64,000 nucleotides of DNA from Nostoc sp. UHCC 0870 (GTDB taxonomy: Bacteria > Cyanobacteriota > Cyanobacteriia > Cyanobacteriales > Nostocaceae), in contig NZ_CP091913.1 of the NCBI RefSeq assembly GCF_022063185.1, positions 4,563,141 to 4,627,140 on the forward strand, written 5' to 3'. The notes beneath the pieces were generated by a model. It did not search any database, was not told the DNA's origin, and saw only the letters and a list, made by a program, of their open reading frames with translations. The translations under genes and the position numbers were made by a program. Every line of letters begins with the position of its first letter. Position 1 is the stretch's first letter. Shown here piece after piece: positions 20,739 through 30,950 of the stretch.

Positions 20739-20892
20739 GGGTGTAGGGGTGTGGGGGTGTAGGGGTGTGGGGGTGTAGGGGTGTAGGGGTGTAGGGGAAG
20801 AAAAACCTTTAGAGGTCAACAAGCAATCCCCAATTCCCAATCCCCAATTCCCAATTCCCAATTCCCGATTCCCAATCCCCAATCCCTATTCC
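20739..20892. repeat. two adjacent heptamer arrays (GGGGTGT-type, then CAATCCC/CAATTCC-type) between opcA and zwf
   Basis: gggtgtaggggtgtggggg... followed by caatccccaattcccaatcccc... read directly from the sequence. Confidence 0.9.
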
Positions 20893-22421
20893 TACAGTCT
20901 GCGCCAGCGACGACCGTCTTGATTGATCAAAAGTTCTGCTTCTGTGGGTTCCCATGTCCCTGCTTCGTATTGGGGAACAACTAGGGGATCGGCGGGTGCA
21001 TCCCAAACAGAAAGGGCGGGGGTGACTACTTGCCAAGCTGCTTCTACTTCGTCGGCACGGGTGAATAATGTTTGATCACCCATCATACAATCTAGGAATA
21101 GGCGATCATACGCATCGGAAGTAGCGGCAATCCCAAAAGAACCATAGCTGAAGTCCATATCTACGGAACGGGTACGGAATTCTGCCCCTGGCATTTTGAC
21201 ATCAAAACGGAGAGAAATTCCTTCATTGGGTTGAATCCGCATAGCCAAAATATTGGCGTTTCTTTGTTGCGCGGCGGATTTGAACATCCGAGAAGGAACG
21301 TCGCGGAAGTGGATGGAAATTTCACTGACTTTTTTCGGCATCCGCTTACCAGTCCGCAGATAGAAGGGGACACCTTGCCAACGCCAGTTATCAACCATAA
21401 ATTTCATTGCTACGAAGGTAGGGGTTGTAGAACTGGGATCAACTCCTGGTTCTTCCCGATACCCTGGTGCTGGCTGTCCTTTCATCCAGCCGGCACTGTA
21501 TTGACCGCGTATGGCTGAACGTGAGAGGTTATGTACATCAGCTAACCGTGTAGCTTGTAAAACTTTGACTTTTTCGCTACGGATACTGTCAGCATCCATT
21601 GAGTTGGGTGCTTCCATTGCAGTGAGACAGTAAAGCTGCATCAGGTGGTTTTGCAACATATCCCGCAGTGCGCCGGCTTTCTCGTAGTAACCAGCCCGGT
21701 CTTCCACACCTACGGTTTCAGCTACGGTAATTTGTACGTGGTCAACAAACTGACGATTCCATAAGGGTTCAAAAATCGCATTGGCAAAGCGAAAGACTAG
21801 TAAGTTTTGAACTGTCTCTTTACCCAAGTAGTGGTCGATGCGATAGACTTGGTTCTCTTTACAATATTTCTGTACTACTTGGTTGAGGCTTTGGGCAGAT
21901 GCCAAGTCCCGACCAAAGGGTTTTTCAATGACTAGACGGTGTTTGTAGGGGTCGTCTAACATTCCACCTCCCCCTAGCTGTTTGATAGCTTCAGGAAAGA
22001 AGTTAGGCGCAACGGAGAGGTAAAACATTCTGTTACCTCGTGTACCCCGTTTTTCGTCTAATTCGCTTAAGAGATTTTTCAGTTTTTGGTAACTCTCAGG
22101 ATTATCTATGTCTCCAGGGCAGTAGAACAGACCTTGAGAGAAATCTTGCCAGAGTTCTTCGGGATCAACGCCACCATGAGCCTCTTCCATACCTTTCCGC
22201 ATTTGTTCGCGGAAGTATTCGTGACTCCACTCACGACGGGCTACGCCGACAATGGTAGTTTCTGGGGGAATGCGTCTTTCTTTGCGTAGTTTGTACAGTG
22301 CGGGAACGAGTTTGCGCCAGGTTAAATCACCAGATGCGCCAAAGATGACGATGATTTGAGGTTCGGGCATCCCTTGTTGTTGTAGACCAACGCGCAAGGG
22401 ATTTTCTAGGAGACTAACCAT
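20892..22421 (-). CDS. zwf: glucose-6-phosphate 1-dehydrogenase
   Basis: NADP-binding motif [11 protein letters not shown], conserved RIDHYLGKE active-site motif, 509 aa. Confidence 0.95.
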   Translation of the reverse strand: MVSLLENPLRVGLQQQGMPEPQIIVIFGASGDLTWRKLVPALYKLRKERRIPPETTIVGVARREWSHEYFREQMRKGMEEAHGGVDPEELWQDFSQGLFYCPGDIDNPESYQKLKNLLSELDEKRGTRGNRMFYLSVAPNFFPEAIKQLGGGGMLDDPYKHRLVIEKPFGRDLASAQSLNQVVQKYCKENQVYRIDHYLGKETVQNLLVFRFANAIFEPLWNRQFVDHVQITVAETVGVEDRAGYYEKAGALRDMLQNHLMQLYCLTAMEAPNSMDADSIRSEKVKVLQATRLADVHNLSRSAIRGQYSAGWMKGQPAPGYREEPGVDPSSTTPTFVAMKFMVDNWRWQGVPFYLRTGKRMPKKVSEISIHFRDVPSRMFKSAAQQRNANILAMRIQPNEGISLRFDVKMPGAEFRTRSVDMDFSYGSFGIAATSDAYDRLFLDCMMGDQTLFTRADEVEAAWQVVTPALSVWDAPADPLVVPQYEAGTWEPTEAELLINQDGRRWRRL

Positions 22422-22440
22422 AACAGTTTTCGATTCTAGG

Positions 22441-22536
22441 TGGGGATTGGGGATCGGGGATCGGGGATTGGGGATTGGGTACTGGGAAAACTTTTTCCTA
22501 GTCCCCAGTCCCCAGTCCCTAGTCCCCAGTCCCTAT
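22441..22536. repeat. heptamer arrays (GGGGATT/GGGGATC, then CCCCAGT) between zwf and tal
   Basis: ggggattggggatcggggatcgggg... then tccccagtccccagtccctagtcccc read directly. Confidence 0.9.
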
Positions 22537-23696
22537 ACTGGTGACAATAGCTTGACTTTGCGCTCTAAAGAGTTCATTAGGGACTGGAAGGGCTGGACAA
22601 ATTTGTTAATACCCTCGATTAACAGTTCATCCATAACAGCATTGAGATCAATATTGATGTCGGGGTCTTTGAGGCTTTCTATGAGATGGTAAGCTTCATT
22701 TACTCCTGTTTCTAGACGATTAGCAACATGACAATGGTCGGCACAGGCGGTAATTGTCCCTGGTGGTAGGGTGTTGACGGTATCTGGGCCAATTAACTCA
22801 TCAACATACATGACATCGCTGTAGTTGGGGTCTTTGGTGCTGGTACTAGCCCACAGTAATCTTTGCACTTTTGCGCCTTTGGCGGCTAGGGTGTGCCAGC
22901 GACTATCGGCAATAATTTTTTTGTACTCTTGATAAGCAATCTTGGCATTGGCGATCGCTATTTTACCTTTGACGGCTCTGAGTTTTGCTTCTACATTAAT
23001 ATCATCAACGCCCCGTTGTAATTTGGCATCAATTTTGCCGTCAACGTTGCTATCAATGCGACTAAGAAAGAAGCTAGCCACAGAGGCAATTTTGCTGATA
23101 TCTTTACCCTGTGCCAAGCGTTTTTCTAAGCCCCGCATATACGCCTCTAATGTCTTGATATAGCTTTGCACAGAAAACAGCAGGGTGATATTCACGTTAA
23201 TGCCTTCAGATATTACCTGTTCCACGGCTGGCAATCCTGCCTCTGTACCAGGGATTTTGATCATGACATTTTCCCGCCCAATTTCTTGGAAATATCGCCG
23301 GGCTTCTGCTATTGAGGCTTGGGTATCATGGGCGATGGTTGGTGGTACTTCAATACTCACATAACCATCTTGTCTATTCGAGGCTTCATATACAGGGCGT
23401 AAGATATCACAGGCATTGCGGATATCTGCAAACACTAGGGATTCATAAATTTTGTATGTGGGTAGTTTTGCTTCAATGCCTGTTTCAATATCAGCATCAT
23501 AAATTGCATTATCAGCGATCGCTTTTTCAAAGATAGCTGGATTGGAGGTAATGCCACAAATTCCTTGATTTTCAACTAAATTTTTGAGTTCCCCTGATTG
23601 AATAATGTCCCGGCTCAAATTATCCATCCAAATACTTTGGCCGTATTGTTTAATTTCTAATAGATGATTGGTGGCCATAGCTGTTGTTGACTCCAT
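22533..23696 (-). CDS. tal: transaldolase (long cyanobacterial/plant-type)
   Basis: Conserved GITSNPAIF motif and lysine-containing active-site region. About 380 aa, typical of cyanobacterial tal. The real start may be the second Met (MATNHLLE...). Confidence 0.9.
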   Translation of the reverse strand: MESTTAMATNHLLEIKQYGQSIWMDNLSRDIIQSGELKNLVENQGICGITSNPAIFEKAIADNAIYDADIETGIEAKLPTYKIYESLVFADIRNACDILRPVYEASNRQDGYVSIEVPPTIAHDTQASIAEARRYFQEIGRENVMIKIPGTEAGLPAVEQVISEGINVNITLLFSVQSYIKTLEAYMRGLEKRLAQGKDISKIASVASFFLSRIDSNVDGKIDAKLQRGVDDINVEAKLRAVKGKIAIANAKIAYQEYKKIIADSRWHTLAAKGAKVQRLLWASTSTKDPNYSDVMYVDELIGPDTVNTLPPGTITACADHCHVANRLETGVNEAYHLIESLKDPDINIDLNAVMDELLIEGINKFVQPFQSLMNSLERKVKLLSPV

Positions 23697-23893
23697 TAAT
23701 GATGTTTCTAAGTGAATTTGACCAAACTCATCAAAATCAAAACTTTTGATGGTGACTTTTGCATTTTTGCGTCGTTATTCACTTATTGCATCGGCCAGCT
23801 GAGATAATCTCTCATGGACATCCAAAAAATGTTACAGAGAGTGATGAGTGCTGAGTCTTTTTCTCTCCTCTGCTCCTCTGCTCCCCTACCTCC

Positions 23894-24940
23894 TTAATGA
23901 CCATTCTGAATAAACGACTCCACCTTGGCAACATCCTCTTTGCTACCAATAATTAATGGGGTGCGTTGATGCAGTTTGGTTGGTACTACGTCTAATATCT
24001 CTACTAACCCTGTAGTAGCACGACCACCAGCTTGCTCAATCAAAAAGGCGAGGGGAGCAGATTCATACAACAAACGCAATTTACCTTCTGGCTTTTGAAT
24101 TGTACCTGGGTAAAGAAAAACACCACCTTGTACCAAAATTCTGTGGATATCACTTACCATTGCGCCACTGTAGCGAGATGTGTAACCTTCTGTACGATGG
24201 ACGTAACGGATGTATTCCCGGTAGGATTCTTCCCATTGCCAAAAGTTACCTTCGTTAACGCTGTAGATGGGGCTGTGGTTGGGAATCCTCATATTTTCTT
24301 CAGTTAGGATAAACTCTCCTAAGCTGGGATCTAGGGTAAAAGAATGAACTCCTTTGCCAATGGTATAGACCAGCATGGTGCTAGGCCCATAAAGTATGTA
24401 CCCCGCAGCAATTTGCTTGTGTCCGTTGGTCAGGAGGTCTTTAGCTTGTCCATCGCTATCGTCTCCTTCTTGTTGACGAATTGCAAAAATAGAACCCAAA
24501 CTCAGATTAGTATCGGTGTTTGATGAACCATCAATGGGATCATATAGCAGGGTATAGCGACCAACGGGGCAATTTTCGGGAATATAATAGGGTTCATCCA
24601 TTTCCTCGGAAGCTAGACGACAAACTAAGCCGCTTTGCTTAAAGACTGAGATAAATACGTCGTTGGCGTAGACATCCATCTTTTTGACGGATTCTCCTTG
24701 CACATTGACTTCCCCAGTAAATCCCAGAACGCCTTCCATTAAACCTGCACGGCTGAGGCGACGCGCAACTAGTTTACCAGCTAAAGCAATCCGATTCATT
24801 AGCGCACTTAAATCTTGTGCATCTGGAGAAAAACTTTGAAGTTGTTGTAGTACGTGGCGTGATAAGGTTGTACAATCACGATCTAAGCCTTTGTCTGTGG
24901 CTGGGTTGATAGACTCTAAAGATTCTGACGCTTTAGTCAT
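23894..24940 (-). CDS. fbp: class 1 fructose-1,6-bisphosphatase
   Basis: FBPase class 1 motifs ([16 protein letters not shown]) in a 348-aa product. First gene of the fbp-tal-zwf-opcA block. Confidence 0.9.
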   Translation of the reverse strand: MTKASESLESINPATDKGLDRDCTTLSRHVLQQLQSFSPDAQDLSALMNRIALAGKLVARRLSRAGLMEGVLGFTGEVNVQGESVKKMDVYANDVFISVFKQSGLVCRLASEEMDEPYYIPENCPVGRYTLLYDPIDGSSNTDTNLSLGSIFAIRQQEGDDSDGQAKDLLTNGHKQIAAGYILYGPSTMLVYTIGKGVHSFTLDPSLGEFILTEENMRIPNHSPIYSVNEGNFWQWEESYREYIRYVHRTEGYTSRYSGAMVSDIHRILVQGGVFLYPGTIQKPEGKLRLLYESAPLAFLIEQAGGRATTGLVEILDVVPTKLHQRTPLIIGSKEDVAKVESFIQNGH

Positions 24941-25202
24941 TATTGGTTGCTTCCTAGGGACTAGCTGTAGGTTAGTTGGGTGAGTCAGTTTAATTATGGC
25001 AACTTATAGCTGCTGCCTCTATCTTAGAAAGGTAATTTGATAACTTAGATATGATTTTAGATAAACTAAAGAAATCAATTTGTTTTGGCTGCCATGCTTG
25101 AGGCGATCGCCATTCCAGAAAAATGAGTTTGAATTGCTTTACTTAGTGTCTAATACACTGTAGAATTTAAAGCCTTTACTTGCATATCCCAATTTGCTTA
25201 CC

Positions 25203-25257
25203 AAAAAAAATCCGACGAGTTATTCAAGATTTTTTGCTAAAAATAACTGGTCGGATT
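25203..25257 (-). terminator. intrinsic terminator for the rbp gene (long imperfect hairpin followed by a T8 run on the minus strand)
   Basis: Plus strand reads ccaaaaaaaatccgacgagttatt...aataactggtcggatt. On the minus strand the hairpin is followed by TTTTTTTT. Confidence 0.5.
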
Positions 25258-25492
25258 AGTGCTGTCAATTTGGTAATAATGGCTGATTGCTAGCACTTCA
25301 AAGATACAGTTCACTCAAATTTTAGTCGAGAAGAATATTTTCTCCTTTGTGCCTTGATGTTGAAAAAATGATCTTTTCGCAACAAAAACAGGAAGAAAAA
25401 TCATGTTTTTATTTGTGACACCCGGAAAGATAAACTTCACACTTATAGAAGTTGCGCTATTTGAACAATAGTGCTAAGAGATTTTTCCTTTA

Positions 25493-25777
25493 CTAAAATT
25501 CTTGTCTTTTATTCCAACTACCTCGTCGGTCATCTTCTCGTGGTTTGGCTTTGTTGACTTTAAGCTGACGACCCATCCATTCTGCACCGTCTAGTTCAGT
25601 AATAGCCGCATCCTCTTGAGCGTCTTCATTCATTTCAACAAAAGCAAAACCACGCATTCGACCTGTTTCACGGTCGGTAGGTAAAACAACTCTTTTGACT
25701 TCGCCGTAGTCTGCAAATACGGCTTTCAAGTCTTCTTCAGTAGCGCGGTAAGAGAGATTTCCAACGTAGATAGTCAT
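25493..25777 (-). CDS. rbp: RRM-type RNA-binding protein (short, no Gly-rich tail)
   Basis: RNP1 (RGFAFVEM) and RNP2 (IYVGNLSY) motifs in a 94-aa product. Confidence 0.85.
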   Translation of the reverse strand: MTIYVGNLSYRATEEDLKAVFADYGEVKRVVLPTDRETGRMRGFAFVEMNEDAQEDAAITELDGAEWMGRQLKVNKAKPREDDRRGSWNKRQEF

Positions 25778-26243
25778 GTGGGATCACGTAATTATCAAAA
25801 ACAGAGCAACTAGTTCAGCAATAAAACAGATTGCAAAGCTTGCATAGTCTCTTTTAAGTCACAGATGGCAAATGTTGTAGGGCTGCATTCATATTGCTAG
25901 CGTTATCTTCAACTAATCCGTCCCTGCGGCTGAACTGAAGCATACGCTCATATAATAACTGATTGTGACATTCTTCAAAGTGAGAGATTTTACAAACTCT
26001 CAATAAAATATAATTAGCAAGTCTTATATGTTTGATAGCTCAGATAATTTTGTTTTTTAAAATACAATTTTACCAGTAGTGAAATCCTGAAATTGCTATT
26101 TGTTAAGTAAGCAGGGTGGTTTCATACGAAAAAAGAAAAATCTATAAGCAGAGATTTTGACCCCTCTCCAAACCTCTCCCCCTGGGAGGGATAGGCTTTG
26201 AAAGCTAGGTTTATTTTTTTCTCTGGTTGTATGAAACCACCGT

Positions 26244-26298
26244 GCTTCCCTAGCAGGGAAGGGGGAATATGTAGAGACGTTGCGTGCAACGTCTCTAC
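26244..26298. repeat. composite palindromic interspersed element, copy A (CTTCCCTAGCAGGGAAGGGGG + GTAGAGACGTTGCGTGCAACGTCTCTAC)
   Basis: Two nested perfect palindromes. An inverted-orientation copy occurs at 50115-50173 and a degenerate copy at 37573-37602. Confidence 0.85.
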
Positions 26299-26341
26299 AG
26301 TTATAGGGGAATTTGGTAGATTTTGCAGTCTAATACAAGCT

Positions 26342-27490
26342 TTACACTTTGCCATTACGATCAACTTGATCTGATGTAGAACCGGGAATAACTAGTGGAA
26401 ACAATGGTTGTTTGACTGAGACAGGCGTATCGCTAGAATTAGTTTCTAATGCGTTGTTTGTAGGGTTTGGTGTTTGCTGAGGATTAGATGCTTGTTGCTG
26501 TTGGAGTTTTTGCTGTTCGATGGTTTGAGCAACTCGCTGCATTAGGGTTTCAATTTTTTGTGCTTGCTCAAGATTACCTTGTTCGCGGTATTGGTTATGA
26601 GCGCGTTGTAAAGCACTGCTAGCTTTTTTTATGTCGCCTTGATTGTATAAAGTAACACCTAAGTTATAATAAGCTGAGGCATTTTTGGGATCTTGGCGAA
26701 TAGCTTGGGTATAAACTGCGATCGCTTCAGCAGTTTGACCTTGAAGTGCCATCAGACTTCCCAAGTTACTATAAGCGGCGGCATTTTTGGGATCTAGCTT
26801 CAGGACTTGCTGATAAGCCGCGATCGCTTCTTCCATTTTCCCAAATTCTTGCAAGGCGATCGCTAAATTATAATAAGCGTTACCATTGCTACTATCAAAA
26901 TTAATTGCTTGTTGGTAAGCTGCGATCGCTTCTGGTAGTTCTCCTTGATCGTAGAGTAATAAACCCAAATTGTATTGAGTTGCTGCCCTTGTTGGTTCTA
27001 CTACCAAAGCTTGACGATAAGCTGTAATAGCTGCTTCTTTTTGTCCTTGGCGTTGCAATGCTAACCCTAAATTATAATAAGCATCTCCCAGATTGGGATT
27101 AATTCTAATCGCCTCACCATATTCCTGCACTGCTACATCTAGACGATTTTGCATGAGGAAAATATTACCCAGATAATTCCTCGCCATGCCAATATTTGGA
27201 TCTTGCTGCAAAGCTTGCCGAAAAGCAGATTCTGCACCTTGCCAATCGCTGCGATTGTAGCGCGTCACTCCCTGCTGATAAAAAATAGCCGCGTCTAAAT
27301 CCTGAGAAATGGGAGTTTGTGCTAGTACCTTACCACCTGGCAAATTAAAAACCGTCGGTGCAGCCAACATCAAAACAGCAGAGGCAGCACACAGAAGCCC
27401 TACTGGTGGCTTTTGCCAACGAAAAATGCGGTTGCAGGTGATGGGAGACAAACCGTAAAACCACTGTTTAAAAAGATGTTGTTTATACAT
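26342..27490 (-). CDS. TPR-repeat protein with an N-terminal signal/TM segment
   Basis: Multiple 34-aa TPR units (AYYNLG..L...G...EAIAAYQQAL..DP). Confidence 0.75.
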   Translation of the reverse strand: MYKQHLFKQWFYGLSPITCNRIFRWQKPPVGLLCAASAVLMLAAPTVFNLPGGKVLAQTPISQDLDAAIFYQQGVTRYNRSDWQGAESAFRQALQQDPNIGMARNYLGNIFLMQNRLDVAVQEYGEAIRINPNLGDAYYNLGLALQRQGQKEAAITAYRQALVVEPTRAATQYNLGLLLYDQGELPEAIAAYQQAINFDSSNGNAYYNLAIALQEFGKMEEAIAAYQQVLKLDPKNAAAYSNLGSLMALQGQTAEAIAVYTQAIRQDPKNASAYYNLGVTLYNQGDIKKASSALQRAHNQYREQGNLEQAQKIETLMQRVAQTIEQQKLQQQQASNPQQTPNPTNNALETNSSDTPVSVKQPLFPLVIPGSTSDQVDRNGKV

Positions 27491-27678
27491 AATGGAATCT
27501 CTGCACGAAGGTTTAGATCCTTATAAGTCAGAGTACCCACTACTACATGAAAAATTAAAAGTTGAACAAGAAAAATTTGTAAAGAGACTGGAAATGGGGC
27601 ATTGGGAAAAATACTACCCTTTTCTTTGATCTAAACTCCCCACTCCCCACTCATTACTCATTACTCAGCACTCACCAC

Positions 27679-28806
27679 TCAGCACTCTCTTGCTTCTGGC
27701 AAAATTAGCATGGCATCACCAAAAGAATAGAACCGATATCGAGAAGCGATCGCTTCCTGGTATATATTTAATAATCTCTGTCTGCTAATAAGCGCACTAA
27801 CCAGCATCAGTAAACTAGAACGGGGTAGGTGAAAGTTAGTGATTAGACCTTCCACAACGCGCCATTGGTAGCCAGGATAGATAAATAGGTTGGTCTTGCC
27901 ACAAAAAGGTTGTAAATCACCAGAGACGGCTGCTGCACCTTCCAAGGCTCGTACTGCTGTTGTTCCTACAGCGATAATGCGACCCCCTGCGGCTTTGGTG
28001 GCGCGAATTTTCTCTACAGTATCTGCGGGAACTTCAATCCATTCTTCGTGCATTTGGTGACTGGTGACATCTTCCACTTCCACCGGGCGAAAAGTTCCTA
28101 CACCAACGTGCAGCGTAATAAAAGCTTGATTGATATTGCGATCGCCTAACTTAGCAATTAGTTCTGGTGTAAAGTGTAAACCAGCCGTTGGAGCTGCGAT
28201 CGCTCCCGGTTGTTCGGCGTAAACGGTTTGATACTGTTCATCTGCCGCTTGGGATGTAGTAATGTAAGGCGGAAGCGGGATTTCACCGAATTTATCTAGA
28301 AGTTGTATTAAAGATTGACCATCTGGTATATCAAATTGTAATAAGCGTCCGCCTGTCTCTTTATCTGTTTCTAGGACAGTAGCTGTTAGCTGGGGACTGG
28401 GGACTGGGAATTGGGGAAATTTACCTGGTTCAAAAAAGATTTTACTTCCTGTTTTAAACCGTTTTCCCGGTTTAACTAGGGCTAACCAACAGTTATGCTG
28501 GCGTTCTTCTAATAGTAAAATTTCTACTTCTGCACCAGTTGACTTACGTCCATAAAGTCTTGCTGGAATGACTTTGGTATTATTCATGATTAACAAATCT
28601 CCAGGGCGTAGGAGGTCTGGTAAATCACGAAAAATCTGGTGTAATGGTGCTGTTGTGTTACCTGTAGTCTGAGAATTAACCACCAATAAACGAGAACTAT
28701 CTCTAGGAACAGCCGGATTTTGAGCAATCAGTTCTGGAGGTAGTTCATAATCATACCCAGCTAATAAACAATCTAAATTTGTATCTTGTGTTGCTTGTTC
28801 AGACAT
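27679..28806 (-). CDS. queA: S-adenosylmethionine:tRNA ribosyltransferase-isomerase; the start is likely internal to the long ORF (ORF extends to 28905)
   Basis: Aligns to E. coli QueA from [14 protein letters not shown]... through ...[14 protein letters not shown]...[12 protein letters not shown]. Contains an extra in-frame segment encoded by the heptamer repeat at 28391-28418. Confidence 0.85.
   Translation of the reverse strand: MSEQATQDTNLDCLLAGYDYELPPELIAQNPAVPRDSSRLLVVNSQTTGNTTAPLHQIFRDLPDLLRPGDLLIMNNTKVIPARLYGRKSTGAEVEILLLEERQHNCWLALVKPGKRFKTGSKIFFEPGKFPQFPVPSPQLTATVLETDKETGGRLLQFDIPDGQSLIQLLDKFGEIPLPPYITTSQAADEQYQTVYAEQPGAIAAPTAGLHFTPELIAKLGDRNINQAFITLHVGVGTFRPVEVEDVTSHQMHEEWIEVPADTVEKIRATKAAGGRIIAVGTTAVRALEGAAAVSGDLQPFCGKTNLFIYPGYQWRVVEGLITNFHLPRSSLLMLVSALISRQRLLNIYQEAIASRYRFYSFGDAMLILPEAREC
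28391..28418. repeat. heptamer array inside the queA CDS (GGGGACT/GGGAATT)
   Basis: ggggactggggactgggaattgggg sits in-frame within queA. Confidence 0.8.
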
Positions 28807-28923
28807 TTGACTGTGATTAACTTGTAATACTAGCTGTTCCTTGGAAAGAGTGCTGTTAGCGGTAGCGCGGCGTTTAGCCGGTGCTGAGTAAAAATCCCAG
28901 TCCATAGTCCCTAGTTCTTATTT

Positions 28924-29040
28924 ACTAGTACAGCGCGGCGTAAATAAACCACCCATTCCAAATCAACAAAACCCTTACGTTGTCTTCATTTTGACTTTTG
29001 ACTTTTGACTTTTGACTTCCGCGTAGCGGTGCTAGTCCTT
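28924..29040. repeat. interspersed intergenic element, copy 1: conserved arm (CTAGTACAGCGCGGCGTAAATAAAC), then a TTTTGAC heptamer array, then conserved arm (TTCCGCGTAGCGGTGCTAGTCC)
   Basis: A near-identical organisation recurs at 55666-55778. Confidence 0.8.
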
Positions 29041-29194
29041 TGCTTAGACTACAAGAATCAGTGACGTGTACACAATAATATAAAAATTGGGTAAAACTCC
29101 CCATGCAAAGACGGGGGCTTTTACCCTACCGAAAACGGGGATCAATTTAAGAAGATAGAAATGTAGGATTAGCTTTGATCCAAAAGCACCCATC

Positions 29195-29584
29195 ATGGAA
29201 TACTTGTATTATTTGGCAAATGCCAGTCTCACTCTCAGAGTTGTTCAACACTTGCACGCTAGACCTAGAACTCCTGTTTCGTTCGTCACCGTGATTCATC
29301 AAATTGATGGTTGGGTGGTTAGGATCAAACTAAAAGGTCAAATTTCGTCCCAAGATGATGGAGATATTCGAGCTTTTCTCAATGAAATGGGGATTAGCTA
29401 TGAGCCACCAATGCGGGTACAAATGGCACTTTGGAGTTTAGAAGCTGGGCAATGTCCTGTTGATGTGATGCGCCGCTATCAAGTAGCGATCGTTTCTCAC
29501 GGTAGCCCAGAAAGAGAGGAAATCGAGGCTTTTCGACAACAGTTTGTCCGGGGATTGGGTTACTGTCCAGAAACTCTCGCATGA
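29195..29584 (+). CDS. hypothetical protein
   Basis: 129-aa ORF in an otherwise empty 700-bp gap with reasonable codon usage. No recognisable domain. Confidence 0.35.
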   Translation: MEYLYYLANASLTLRVVQHLHARPRTPVSFVTVIHQIDGWVVRIKLKGQISSQDDGDIRAFLNEMGISYEPPMRVQMALWSLEAGQCPVDVMRRYQVAIVSHGSPEREEIEAFRQQFVRGLGYCPETLA

Positions 29585-29755
29585 AAGGGAACAGGGAACA
29601 GGGAACAGGTGACAGGAAAAACTAGGTCGGACAAAATTCTAGTTAGCCCTTTACCTCTTTTCGTAAAACCTTATGTATTTAACGATGTTACATACAATTT
29701 GGTAATTGGTAATTGAAGATAGAGATATTTCATCTATACTAATTACCGATCTCCT

Positions 29756-30235
29756 CTAATCAATCACATCGAACGCAGCCGGAATATATTCTTGTAACTG
29801 AAATTGGTATCCTGCAACCGATGAGATAGCTAGGGCTTCTGGAATGACTTTGGTATGAGGGTATTGTTGCGAAATTGGCTGACAACGAACGATCGCAACA
29901 TCAAAGCGACAAGAGCAATTTGCTTTCTCAGGGTATTTGGCTAAAAATAAGCGGGCAGTGCGTCCAATTTTCGCCTGTTTTTGCGGGGTAATGGCATTTT
30001 TACCCCAGGAATCCCAATTACCTAGACTGCGGGTTTTAACTTCTATAAAAGCCAATGTAGAGTCTATTTGGTTTCCCGTTGTATCAGGATATTGAGCGAT
30101 AATATCAATTTCTCCCCAACGACAACGAAAGCGGCGTTGTAGAATTAACCAACCTGTAGATTGTAACCATTGGGTTACGAGGTCTTCTCCTAAGTCGCCA
30201 ATATCGGCATAATGTGATGGAGGAGGATTTACCAT
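29756..30235 (-). CDS. YraN/UPF0102-family putative endonuclease
   Basis: GEIDIIA...AFIEVKTR motif typical of UPF0102 (PD-(D/E)XK-like). Confidence 0.6.
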   Translation of the reverse strand: MVNPPPSHYADIGDLGEDLVTQWLQSTGWLILQRRFRCRWGEIDIIAQYPDTTGNQIDSTLAFIEVKTRSLGNWDSWGKNAITPQKQAKIGRTARLFLAKYPEKANCSCRFDVAIVRCQPISQQYPHTKVIPEALAISSVAGYQFQLQEYIPAAFDVID

Positions 30236-30879
30236 TGGCTGGGAATAGCATGAATTTTAAGTTATCTAAGTTAAGCGATGGCCTATACCCCACTTTTCCT
30301 GCGGAAAAATACGCAAATAGCGATCGCATATTAGTTTCTACACTCGATGTATCCCCTACTCACTTTGAGCTATGGCATAAAAAATATCATCGAATTTTCA
30401 CCAATATACTTAGTTTATTGCTGTGCATATCAGTCGGCATCACGGCAATTGCCGGTTTTTCTCCCACAGCCTTAGCACTTGAGTACAACAAAGAAATTTT
30501 AATAGAGGCTGATTTTTCAGGACGTGATTTAACAGACTCTAGTTTTACCAAAGCTAATCTGCGTCAAAGTAACTTTAGTAACTCTAATTTACGGGGTGTG
30601 AGTTTCTTTGCTGCCAATTTAGAGTCAGCTAATTTACAGGGAGCAGACCTAACAAATGCTACCCTAGACTCAGCTCGTCTCATCAAAACCGATTTAACAA
30701 ATGCTGTATTGGAAGGCGCATTTGCGGCTAGTGCCAGGTTTGATGGTGCAATTATTGACGGAGCAGATTTTACTGATGCGCTATTACGTCCAGATGAAGT
30801 GAAAAAATTGTGCAAGGTAGCTAAAGGTACTAACCCAACTACTGGTCGTGACACACGGGATAGTTTGTTTTGTCCTTAG
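30214..30879 (+). CDS. pentapeptide-repeat protein (signal/TM N-terminus)
   Basis: Tandem A(D/N)LxxA(N/D)LxG pentapeptide repeats (ANLRQSNFSNSNLRGVSFFAANLESANLQGADLTNA...). Confidence 0.7.
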   Translation: MMEEDLPLAGNSMNFKLSKLSDGLYPTFPAEKYANSDRILVSTLDVSPTHFELWHKKYHRIFTNILSLLLCISVGITAIAGFSPTALALEYNKEILIEADFSGRDLTDSSFTKANLRQSNFSNSNLRGVSFFAANLESANLQGADLTNATLDSARLIKTDLTNAVLEGAFAASARFDGAIIDGADFTDALLRPDEVKKLCKVAKGTNPTTGRDTRDSLFCP

Positions 30880-30889
30880 TATTAATACA

Positions 30890-30933
30890 TATTAAAAAAT
30901 AGAACCCCAATTTCTTCAAGAAATTGGGGTTCT
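30890..30933 (-). terminator. intrinsic terminator: perfect 16-bp stem hairpin with a T-run on the minus strand, downstream of the flotillin gene
   Basis: AGAACCCCAATTTCTTCAAGAAATTGGGGTTCT, preceded on the plus strand by AAAAAAT. Confidence 0.6.
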
Positions 30934-30950
30934 GCTACAAGTATTTACTA

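Noticed and set aside
20809-21036. 75-aa ORF overlapping the opcA-zwf spacer
   Set aside because: Derived from CAATCCC-type repeats and the antisense of the zwf 3' end. Not a gene.
24941-25200. Possible NtcA box (GTA-N8-TAC) upstream of the fbp-zwf operon
   Set aside because: I inspected GTA-containing sites (e.g. GTAATTTGATAACT, GTAGGTTAGTTGGG). None has the TAC half-site at the right spacing, so I cannot support an NtcA site from sequence alone.
29100-29130. Possible terminator hairpin ccccatgcaaagacggggg
   Set aside because: The stem is only 4-5 bp of G:C with a 10-nt loop and there is no flanking T-run, so it is not convincing as an intrinsic terminator.
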